IMG/VR virus record: IMGVR_UViG_3300032080_000006
Span: 1 to 59,921 of that record
DNA: 59,921 bases
DNA from: a virus
Strand: one strand, 5' to 3'
The position numbers were made by a program, and so were the translations under genes. The notes under the pieces were generated by a model that saw only the letters and a list, made by a program, of their open reading frames with translations, was not told the DNA's origin and did not search any database. Below, piece after piece: positions 43,647 through 50,752 of the stretch. The number at the start of each line of letters is the position of its first letter. The stretch's first letter is position 1.

Positions 43647-44351
43647 TTAGCCGTCAACCGGACCTTCCGGCGGCACATGCAGGTCGACGGCAGGATCGCC
43701 CACGCGCAGGTTGGCCTTGGCCATCGCCCGCTGGTAGGCCTGCTCCTGCGCCTGCTCTTCCGTGATGATGCCGGTGCCGATGGCATCGCTGTTGGCGGTC
43801 AGGATCTGCCCGTCTGCCAGGTGCACGGTTGCGACCATGCCGTGGCCGCCGGCCGTCCTCTCATACGCCACGTCCACCACCTGCGCCAGGTCGGTCTGGT
43901 CGGTCGGGCGTGCCCGCTCATCCAGGCGATCGTCCATGGTGCTGGTGGGCACGGTCGGCCCCTGCGGCGGTTGCTCGTTCTTGTTCATGGTCAAACTCCA
44001 GTCTCCGGCGACAGTGCCGGGCTGGCAGATTAGCGAGAAAACTGACCGGCCCTCGTGAGGGTTCATGCACGACATCTGGCCCGACCCGAAGGCCCCAGCG
44101 ACGACCCCGCAGACCGAACAGGCCACCTCGCCGCTGCGCCCCTGGGCGTTGAACCAGTGTGGCCAGGATCCGGGGTGGTTGGCCAGGTTCCGCTCCAGGT
44201 GCCTGCCGATAATTCGCAAATGCAGCAGCTCGGCCGCGGGGTCGGCGACCAGGTCGGAGCCTGCCGCAATCGCCGCGAGCAGGAACTGCACCCGTTGGGC
44301 GTCGTTTTGAAGCTGGTCAAATTTCGTCGAAATCGACATGTCGGTGTCCAT
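43647..44351 (-). CDS. Hypothetical protein (234 aa)
   Basis: ATG 44351 (MDTDMSISTKF) preceded by a strong GGAGGA SD 5-6 nt upstream. Confidence 0.65.
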   Translation of the reverse strand: MDTDMSISTKFDQLQNDAQRVQFLLAAIAAGSDLVADPAAELLHLRIIGRHLERNLANHPGSWPHWFNAQGRSGEVACSVCGVVAGAFGSGQMSCMNPHEGRSVFSLICQPGTVAGDWSLTMNKNEQPPQGPTVPTSTMDDRLDERARPTDQTDLAQVVDVAYERTAGGHGMVATVHLADGQILTANSDAIGTGIITEEQAQEQAYQRAMAKANLRVGDPAVDLHVPPEGPVDG

Positions 44352-44408
44352 CGTGTCCTCCGTGCCGGCGAAAGTGCCGGTCGGACAAGGGTACACCGTG
44401 GATTGCAC

Positions 44409-45127
44409 CGTGGCGCCCCGCTGGTCAGAAATGGATGCTTTCGACCACTGATGGTCAATTTCATCAAATTTTTACCGGAAAAAACCCGCATATCCCTTTT
44501 AACCCCTTATTCCTATACGGCCGTTACGGAAAAAATAAATAAAAATCTCCAGGCAGCTAATAGGAAATTGAGGGTTTGGGGGGCTATCCGGGTTTTTGCC
44601 CCGAAGTGGTCGATTTCGGCCCCGCCGTGCACGAAACGCCCCGAATCGACCAAATTGCTCGCGGTATGCGTTTTGCACGTCGAAAAGATGCAATGCATTC
44701 TGGCGCCCTAGCCGGTTTGCGGTGTTCTGTCGGACCGAGGCTCAGCGCCCCCGCCCTGCCCAAAAAGGCCCGGGGAGGGACCCATCGACACCAAGACCTC
44801 ACACCCCCGCTCAGACCGCACCAGCAGCCCCACACGGCCCGCGCAGGGGTCAAGGTGAACGCGGGTAGCGGGTAACACCCAACACCCCTCATATCGCCAT
44901 ACAGGAGCACGCACCCAAACACCCCCATCCACCCACAAACGACGATGGGCCGCACTAGTCGCCCAGTGCAGCCCATGTATCCACCCATCCGACCCACGAC
45001 CCACCCCATACAGGGGCAGGCCTCATGCATTCACCCATCGCATTACGGCCCAACGTCAGAAACGCGAAAGGGCCAGACGGTCACCCGTCCAGCCCTGTCA
45101 AATATTCGCGTTTTCGACCACCTACCC
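44409..45127. other. Roughly 720-bp non-coding region containing an AT-rich core, direct and inverted repeats, and a C-rich (CACCC-box) strand-biased tract
   Basis: No ORF has an SD or plausible composition. There is a local AT-rich island at 44461-44560 and at least 10 ACCC boxes across 44876-45090. Confidence 0.7.
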
Positions 45128-45544
45128 CTACGTGGTCACTTTCTTCTGTTTCTTACCGCTTACCCACATGGCCCGCGCCCGTGCGAGGTTGACCGGTAGC
45201 AACTTCCGATGATCGCCATACCAGACCACAGACGGCAGGCCCAATGCATGGCGATACGCCTCATGCATGCCGGTTGCCCGTAGTGCACTGCCCTGCCGCC
45301 TGCCGTGCAGAATCTTTTCCGCCATGGTCGCCGTCAGCAGCGGATGCCCGCTAACGTCGGTCTCCACATCCCCCACGAAGTAGCGATAACCGACCACAAT
45401 CCCATGCACGCCATACACCCGTTTAACTCGCACCTTTGCCGGTGCCTCCCCCTCATCCTTTCGGGCACGTGGGCGCAACAGCTCACCCACGGCCGTGGTT
45501 AAGGCTGCAACGCCGATGGTCAGCCACGTCACCCACTCATCCAT
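45128..45544 (-). CDS. Hypothetical protein with an N-terminal TM (138 aa)
   Basis: ATG 45544 (MDEWVTWLTIGVAALTTAV) overlaps the upstream stop (ATGA). Confidence 0.6.
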   Translation of the reverse strand: MDEWVTWLTIGVAALTTAVGELLRPRARKDEGEAPAKVRVKRVYGVHGIVVGYRYFVGDVETDVSGHPLLTATMAEKILHGRRQGSALRATGMHEAYRHALGLPSVVWYGDHRKLLPVNLARARAMWVSGKKQKKVTT

Positions 45545-45771
45545 CACCACACCCCCGCCTTGTGCAACACCAGGGCGCCGGCCGTCAGCACCAGGCCAAC
45601 CACCACCAGGGCGCAAAAGGTGCTGACTATCCGCCAACCATTGCACAGCACCCACCACACCAGGGCGCATGCCCCAATGGCCAGGACGACCGCGACCATG
45701 GTCACCACCAGCAGGCCAATCAGCAGAAAGGCGACACCGTAGGCCGCTGCGCACACCAATGCGTCACGCAT
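45544..45771 (-). CDS. Small integral membrane protein (75 aa, 2-3 TM)
   Basis: MRDALVCAAAYGVAFLLIGLLVVTMVAVVLAIGACALVWWVL...; the junctions on both sides are tight. Confidence 0.6.
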   Translation of the reverse strand: MRDALVCAAAYGVAFLLIGLLVVTMVAVVLAIGACALVWWVLCNGWRIVSTFCALVVVGLVLTAGALVLHKAGVW

Positions 45772-45773
45772 GG

Positions 45774-45986
45774 TCACCCCTTCGCCATTGCAGTGAGGGC
45801 GCGCAGCACAACCGCCGCACCGGCGCCCAGTGTGAGCGCCCAGCCGTAGCGGTGCACGATTCCCGCGACCACGGCCCCCACCACCAGCGACCACGCCAGC
45901 ACCACCAGCACAACGGCTACCGTGTCGGCGCTGGTGCTGTGCGGCGGCTGCGCGCTTGGATCGAATTCACGGATGCGCTTAGCCAT
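45774..45986 (-). CDS. Small membrane protein (70 aa, 2 TM)
   Basis: ATG 45986 (MAKRIREFDP...VAVVLVVLAWSLVVGAVVAGIV). Confidence 0.55.
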   Translation of the reverse strand: MAKRIREFDPSAQPPHSTSADTVAVVLVVLAWSLVVGAVVAGIVHRYGWALTLGAGAAVVLRALTAMAKG

Positions 45987-46191
45987 TGGACACCGCCATC
46001 CGCATCGATCCACGTCCAGCCCACACGCGCCAGTCTGACCATGCGGCCGCAGGCGTCATGCCGATACCGCTGTAGTCGGTCACGTCGTGCATGGGCTGGC
46101 CCCACTGGTCGCGCTTCGTGTCATCCCGCAGCGTGGTGCATACCCAGATATGCGAGCTGCCGGGCACTTTGTAGATACAAGGCTTAGTCAT
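45979..46191 (-). CDS. Hypothetical protein (70 aa)
   Basis: ATG 46191 (MTKPCIYKVPGSSHIWV); overlaps its neighbours by 8 nt. Confidence 0.5.
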   Translation of the reverse strand: MTKPCIYKVPGSSHIWVCTTLRDDTKRDQWGQPMHDVTDYSGIGMTPAAAWSDWRVWAGRGSMRMAVSNG

Positions 46192-46336
46192 TGCGGCGGG
46201 TCCTGTGTTCGGCCGCCCCGCGCAGGCACCATGCCAGCAGCGCGACAACGACCATGGCGAAAGTTGCATGCGTGATCGGAATCACCGCATCGGTGGGTTG
46301 CGGCATCGGGCATTGCTGCGTGCTGTAAGTGTTCAT
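46184..46336 (-). CDS. Small membrane protein (50 aa)
   Basis: ATG 46336 (MNTYSTQQ...FAMVVVALLAWCL); ATGA overlap with the upstream gene. Confidence 0.4.
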   Translation of the reverse strand: MNTYSTQQCPMPQPTDAVIPITHATFAMVVVALLAWCLRGAAEHRTRRND

Positions 46337-46674
46337 AGGCACCATTCGATGCGCTGCTCGCGCCAGTTGGCTAGGCTGTTGTGCGATGTCACCCACCGCA
46401 CATATCCCCACCGGCGTAGCTTGCGCAGAACGTCGCGCCGCCGCTCAGACGGCACGCCCATAGCCTCTAGGCCGTCCCAAGCATTCGAGTAACGCACACC
46501 GTCTACACGTACTGCGGTCATTTCGCGCATGCCATTACGCTTGGAAACGTGGGCATAGGCAACGGCGATAAATTCAGTGCGAATGAGGGTATAGGGCAAG
46601 CGCACGGCCCAAGCACCATTTGCACGGCAGATATGCGGCTTGCCGGGCAACGGGCATTGCGTTTGCTCAGCCAC
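46333..46674 (-). CDS. Hypothetical protein, possible DNA-binding (113 aa)
   Basis: GTG 46674. VDGVRYSNAWDGLEAMGVPSERRRDVLRKL resembles NUMOD-like HTH segments. Confidence 0.55.
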   Translation of the reverse strand: MAEQTQCPLPGKPHICRANGAWAVRLPYTLIRTEFIAVAYAHVSKRNGMREMTAVRVDGVRYSNAWDGLEAMGVPSERRRDVLRKLRRWGYVRWVTSHNSLANWREQRIEWCL

Positions 46675-46846
46675 GGCGCACCGCCTTTGCCAGCTCGCGC
46701 AGGTCCACCAGCTGCGGCAGCGGCGCGACCTTGCCGCCTACCGTCATGTGTGACTGCCAGAACTTGGCAGCGTCCAGGGCGCAGGCTGTGCGGCCGCACG
46801 TGTTGGCCTGCAACTGGTCACCCTTGATCATCGGAATGGTGTTCAT
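46667..46846 (-). CDS. 59-aa hypothetical protein, below the ORF-track cutoff
   Basis: ATG 46846 preceded by GAGGAGG. MNTIPMIKGDQLQANTCGRTACALDAAKF... runs to TGA 46667. Confidence 0.5.
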   Translation of the reverse strand: MNTIPMIKGDQLQANTCGRTACALDAAKFWQSHMTVGGKVAPLPQLVDLRELAKAVRRG

Positions 46847-47256
46847 GCCTCCTCATCTCCTTTTATGCCGACAAGCCCCGTCCGACGCTTGCCGCAGCGT
46901 GGCAACCGTCTAGCGCTCTGCGCGCCCACCGGCTCAACCTGCAACGTGTATTGCGTAATTTCGATATTCATGGTGATAGCCTCAGCCGCATGACATTTCA
47001 ACGCATGTTGCATGTGGCCTCCTATCGTGCTGACCTGTGCATCGGTCAGCCCCGCCAGCGCATCGACACACAGCCGGGCGCGTTGCGCCTCGCGGCGATT
47101 GCGGCGGGCAGGCTGCGACGTGTTGTCGTATTGCTTCAGCGCGTCAGTGATGCAGCTGGGCAGCTCGTCATAGCTGCAAGGCGTGTTGAGCATGAGATGC
47201 GAGGCGGCTTGCTGGAGCGCCAGCGCGAGGACCTTAGACAGTTCGGCGTGCGTCAT
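46843..47256 (-). CDS. Hypothetical protein (137 aa)
   Basis: ATG 47256 (MTHAELSKVLALALQQ) overlaps the upstream stop. The Arg-rich track extension was discarded. Confidence 0.6.
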   Translation of the reverse strand: MTHAELSKVLALALQQAASHLMLNTPCSYDELPSCITDALKQYDNTSQPARRNRREAQRARLCVDALAGLTDAQVSTIGGHMQHALKCHAAEAITMNIEITQYTLQVEPVGAQSARRLPRCGKRRTGLVGIKGDEEA

Positions 47257-47798
47257 GTCACTTCCCCCGTCTCGCGGCTGATGATCCAGCTGCGCGCACC
47301 ACGGGTGTAGCGAGTGCCGGAGTCGGTGTAGTCGATACGGTCGGCAATCTCTCTCGCGCAATCCTCCGCCAGTTCCTGCGCCAAGGTATCGGCGTAAGTG
47401 CCGGCATCGTGCACACCCCATATTGATTGCTGCGCGTCGGTCTCGTTGCCGTCCACGTCCAGCAGTGTCACCACCACGCCGATGTACGACCATTCATCAT
47501 TGCACCACGCCTGCATATTGTCGTAGTCCGCACGCGCGGCCTGCGCGGCTTCTTCGCGATTGCGGCAACCGTTCCAACCATCGCGCAACGCAATCTTGCA
47601 TGCTGCGGCGAAGTCGTACAGCGACCAGGAACCTAGCCGCAGCTCGCCGCCACGCTTAGGGCGACGCGGACCGTGGCCGCTCTCACGCACCGGACCGTGG
47701 CCGTCCTCCCACTCCCACGGCGCGCACACATCGGCGTCGTGCTCTTTGGTGACTCGAAAGGTTAAGCCGTCGTGCGTGATGGTGGTCATGTCGTTCAT
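47253..47798 (-). CDS. Hypothetical protein (181 aa)
   Basis: Acidic, Trp-rich globular-looking ORF with overlapping junctions on both sides. Confidence 0.65.
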   Translation of the reverse strand: MNDMTTITHDGLTFRVTKEHDADVCAPWEWEDGHGPVRESGHGPRRPKRGGELRLGSWSLYDFAAACKIALRDGWNGCRNREEAAQAARADYDNMQAWCNDEWSYIGVVVTLLDVDGNETDAQQSIWGVHDAGTYADTLAQELAEDCAREIADRIDYTDSGTRYTRGARSWIISRETGEVT

Positions 47799-48166
47799 TA
47801 GTTTTCAACTCCCAAGATTTGAATGCGCTTACCCATGTGCACAACGAAGTGCTTACCCGCATGCTTGCGCACAACTCGCCACGCTCCCGCATAGCGCACA
47901 AACGTCGAGCCTTTGCGGGTGAAGCGTTCCAACTGCTGGCTGTCACGCGTGTATGCGTGCCCACCGAACCCGGCGCGCTCAGACTCAACGTAGACACCGC
48001 TAAACTGCGAGTCGGTGAACTTGTGGGCGGCGGTGTCTTTTGCAGCAGCGAGGATCGCCACGGCCAATTCTTTCGCCGCCAGCGGGTTCAAGTACACGGT
48101 TTCGCCTTTGCCCGGCAGCGAGATAGCAACGTCATTGCCGAACCGGTAGATGTAAGAATCTTTCAT
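47798..48166 (-). CDS. Hypothetical protein (122 aa)
   Basis: ATG 48166 (MKDSYIYRFGNDV) lies 1 nt after the upstream stop. Confidence 0.6.
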   Translation of the reverse strand: MKDSYIYRFGNDVAISLPGKGETVYLNPLAAKELAVAILAAAKDTAAHKFTDSQFSGVYVESERAGFGGHAYTRDSQQLERFTRKGSTFVRYAGAWRVVRKHAGKHFVVHMGKRIQILGVEN

Positions 48167-48167
48167 C

Positions 48168-48800
48168 TCACTTAGCCTCGCTGCAAAGGGCGTCGATGAA
48201 CGCATCACGTTTGGCGCTGTCGTCGGCCGCGAAAAAGAAAGCCACATGCCCCGGAGTGTTGCTATCGCCGCTGCCGTAGCGGAATTTTTCAACAGTGCCG
48301 GCAGGCATGTTCAGCGCTTCCCATCGCAGCAGCTTGCGCGGACGGCCGAAACCAGGGTCTTTGCCGTATTCCGCGCTGATATAGGGCCACGCGCGGCTAA
48401 GAGTGGCCTTGAACTCCACGCGCACATTCACGCGGCCGGCCGGGGTTTCGCTAAACCAGTTGCACGTCAGCGAGCCGCGATAGCCGGTTTGCTCCACTGA
48501 CCAGTAGATGCCGTCAGTGTGCGCAGTGATTGCGCCGTCACGTTCGTGATACTGGTCCACCTCTTTGTAGCCGGCGAACGTGCCGCGGTAGGTGATGCCA
48601 GCGATAGGCGGATAGCCGGCAATCAGGTCTTTCAACTGCTCCACGCTGTCCAACTGGTAGCACACCATCATGGTGCGGCCGTTCGGGATGAGATGACGCG
48701 GCTCGCCGATGATGTGCGGAGCGATGGCCTGCATCGCTGCGGTGTCCGCCTGTAACTTGGCGATTTGTTCCTGGGCCCGGGTAATTGAATCGATGGTCAT
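48168..48800 (-). CDS. Hypothetical protein (210 aa)
   Basis: ATG 48800 (MTIDSITRAQEQ) with GGAG upstream. A promoter-like element lies at 48832-48860. Confidence 0.65.
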   Translation of the reverse strand: MTIDSITRAQEQIAKLQADTAAMQAIAPHIIGEPRHLIPNGRTMMVCYQLDSVEQLKDLIAGYPPIAGITYRGTFAGYKEVDQYHERDGAITAHTDGIYWSVEQTGYRGSLTCNWFSETPAGRVNVRVEFKATLSRAWPYISAEYGKDPGFGRPRKLLRWEALNMPAGTVEKFRYGSGDSNTPGHVAFFFAADDSAKRDAFIDALCSEAK

Positions 48801-48831
48801 GTCGGTGACTCCGTGTTGTTGGTGTGGGGCT

Positions 48832-48860
48832 AGTCTAGCGGTATGCAAAATGCCTTGCAA
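48832..48860 (-). promoter_or_regulatory. Leftward promoter (internal to the early operon)
   Basis: Minus strand reads TTGCAA (48855-48860), a 17-nt spacer ggcattttgcataccgc, then TAGACT (48832-48837). Confidence 0.45.
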
Positions 48861-48889
48861 TAGGCAATGCGAAAATAATTGCAGAAATT

Positions 48890-49222
48890 TCAGGTCGCCC
48901 GTGCAACCGTGATGCGGTAACCCTTTTCCTTCGCGAGCTCGCGCACGTGGTGTGGGTCTGACGTGCAATTGAACGCGTGCCATGCGCCGCCGTAGCGCTG
49001 CATATTCCGACCGCCGAGCATGTACCGCATGTCACTGGCGGCCTTCTTACCGCACACGCCCACGAATAGCTTTTGCGTGACAGCATTCGTATGTGCGTCG
49101 AGGGCAGCACTGGCGATGGTGATCACGCGATCAATGCGCGGATTCACCGGCAAGGCGCACAGCTCAGCCAGTGCCTCATTCAGGGCTACGCGCATTTTGT
49201 CTGCGGCGGCGTAAACGTTCAT
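48890..49222 (-). CDS. Hypothetical protein (110 aa)
   Basis: ORF MNVYAAADKMRVALNEALAEL; ATGA-type overlap with the upstream gene. Confidence 0.6.
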   Translation of the reverse strand: MNVYAAADKMRVALNEALAELCALPVNPRIDRVITIASAALDAHTNAVTQKLFVGVCGKKAASDMRYMLGGRNMQRYGGAWHAFNCTSDPHHVRELAKEKGYRITVARAT

Positions 49223-49452
49223 GCTGCACCGCCCACGCGTGCCAGTGCCGCCGCAACAGCCGCGCGCTCATTAACGTCGATATTGCGCTCCAATCCGGCC
49301 GTTATGATATGAAGGTGTCTGGCAGCTATCACCAGGCTAGCAACGGCGTTCCGGGCTTCATCCGCCTTGTCCGCCCATTCGGGATCAGCACGTAGCCGAG
49401 CCCACACGGTCATCGCCTCCATCACCGCCAGCACATCGACAGGGGCGCTCAC
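49219..49452 (-). CDS. Hypothetical protein (77 aa)
   Basis: GTG 49452 overlaps the upstream stop (TTGTGAGCG). VSAPVDVLAVMEAMTVWARL. Confidence 0.45.
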   Translation of the reverse strand: MSAPVDVLAVMEAMTVWARLRADPEWADKADEARNAVASLVIAARHLHIITAGLERNIDVNERAAVAAALARVGGAA

Positions 49453-49679
49453 AACGAAGCCCACATGATGACGGCGACGACGCACAGCACGCCAGCCAGC
49501 GGCAGGCGCACAGCGTGATACAGGTCCACGACGGTGAAGGGTGCGCGCTGTGCCGGGCGCATGCGCACCTTGACAGGCGCAACGCGCTGCACCGACTGGC
49601 GGCTTTCGGGTGCAGCCCAGTCGATATTGGCCTGCGACTCCGAACGAACTAAGCGGTTTTCATGGCGATTGAAAGACAT
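49449..49679 (-). CDS. Hypothetical protein with a C-terminal TM (76 aa); first gene of the early leftward operon
   Basis: ATG 49679 with GGAG about 13 nt upstream. C-terminal LPLAGVLCVVAVIMWASL. Confidence 0.55.
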   Translation of the reverse strand: MSFNRHENRLVRSESQANIDWAAPESRQSVQRVAPVKVRMRPAQRAPFTVVDLYHAVRLPLAGVLCVVAVIMWASL

Positions 49680-49729
49680 GTTGCGTATCTCCGTTGTGCG
49701 GCTGGGCGGCGTGCCCTGCTGATGTGACT

Positions 49730-49758
49730 AGATTGCCGGTATGCAAAAAGCATTGCAA
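49730..49758 (-). promoter_or_regulatory. Leftward early promoter
   Basis: Minus strand reads TTGCAA (49753-49758), spacer tgctttttgcataccgg, then CAATCT. The spacer is nearly identical to that of the 48832-48860 element. Confidence 0.4.
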
Positions 49759-49920
49759 GGGGGTAGCGCGAAAAAACATCAATCTTTTTCTGAACGCATT
49801 AACCATTGCGCAGCACGTCGCTATAGATACGAACGGGCGCACCGCATGCGCGCCTGGCGCTGTCGCCGCCCAGCCTGGCGATGCAGCGCGCGCTACGGCG
49901 CCACCCTCACGCACGATGGT

Positions 49921-50047
49921 CCTTACTTCGGCAACGTCGCGGTTCCCCAACGCTTACTTGAACGACCCCGCGAGATCTCGGCCGGCGCTCGTTTGCCCGA
50001 GCCCGCTTACTTCAAAAGGTCAGCCGGATCTGCGGCGGCGCTTACTT
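49921..50047 (+). repeat. Four CTTACTT boxes (three as CGCTTACTT) in the divergent control region
   Basis: ccttactt 49921-49928; gcttactt 49952-49959, 50005-50012 and 50040-50047. A 10-bp palindrome cgagatctcg lies at 49971-49980. Confidence 0.6.
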
Positions 50048-50093
50048 GACGGACCCAGCTGAACCTGATCAGGAATGCTTTTCCCCTCGCATG

Positions 50094-50122
50094 TTGACAG
50101 GCAATAAGCATTGCTTTACAAC
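50094..50122 (+). promoter_or_regulatory. Rightward early/middle promoter
   Basis: TTGACA 50094-50099, 17-nt spacer ggcaataagcattgctt, then TACAAC. The first gene's ATG is at 50158. Confidence 0.45.
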
Positions 50123-50157
50123 TGCACCCTCGCAATCCCACTCAAGAGATCCATCGC

Positions 50158-50523
50158 ATGGCACCCAAGAAGCAGGTCAAGGCAACTCCGGCATCGCGCA
50201 AGGCCAAACCGGCAGAGCCTCCGGCCAACCAGCTCGATGACGCACAGCTGCAGGCCATCGCCAATATCAATGCCGGCTCGCTGCCCAATCGCATCGCCGC
50301 CCTGGCCGTTGGCCAGTCTATCTCCGACACCCTGCGCCTGGACATGGACCAGACCGGTCGCCAGGAGATCAACGACCACCTCGCCCGCATGCAGCGCACC
50401 ATCGGCTCTGCGATGCATCGCGCCAAGACGCGCACCGGTCACGAGTACATCACCGAGCGTGCCAACACGTTCACCACCAGCGGCGACGTGCTGCTGTTCG
50501 CCGTCGTCACGAGGATCGCTTGA
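50158..50523 (+). CDS. Hypothetical protein with a basic N-terminus (121 aa)
   Basis: MAPKKQVKATPASRKAKPAEPP...; first ORF after the promoter. Confidence 0.6.
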   Translation: MAPKKQVKATPASRKAKPAEPPANQLDDAQLQAIANINAGSLPNRIAALAVGQSISDTLRLDMDQTGRQEINDHLARMQRTIGSAMHRAKTRTGHEYITERANTFTTSGDVLLFAVVTRIA

Positions 50524-50524
50524 C

Positions 50525-50752
50525 ATGCAAATTCAACAAAACCTTGAACAAAAATCGATACCGCTAATGGACGTTGCCTTTGGATCACTGGTTGGATTTG
50601 AAGGCCAGTTCTACATCATGGGTAACGAACAGCTCGCCGCCGGTAAAGTTTCTGTGGTGAACGTTGACAACGGCATGATTGTCAAATTCAAGGCCGATAC
50701 CCGCGTGACCCTTTACCCGCGTGCAGTAATCATTCCAGGGGAACCGGCATGA
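50525..50752 (+). CDS. Hypothetical protein (75 aa), visibly lower GC
   Basis: ATG 50525 lies 1 nt after the upstream stop. MQIQQNLEQKSIPLMDVAFGSLVGFEGQFYIMG. Confidence 0.5.
   Translation: MQIQQNLEQKSIPLMDVAFGSLVGFEGQFYIMGNEQLAAGKVSVVNVDNGMIVKFKADTRVTLYPRAVIIPGEPA

Noticed and set aside
45095-45100. TTGACAGGGC on the minus strand just downstream of gene 45128-45544, resembling the -35 TTGACAGGC of the rightward promoters
   Set aside because: No acceptable -10 hexamer lies 16-19 nt downstream (gtctgg or tctggc).
44409-45127. Several 60-220-aa ORFs on both strands, and the idea that the repeated CACCC boxes are a CRISPR-like array
   Set aside because: The ORFs are Pro/Arg/Gly/Cys-rich and lack ribosome-binding sites. 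The boxes are 5-8 nt and irregularly spaced, with no repeats of at least 20 nt and no uniform spacers, so this is not a CRISPR array.
50562-50590. A promoter-like sequence TTGAAC-15 nt-TAATGG containing gataccgcta, which resembles the conserved promoter spacer
   Set aside because: It lies inside the 50525-50752 coding sequence. The spacer is only 15 nt, and a transcript from it would start after the nearest ATG. I noted it only as a possible regulator-binding site.
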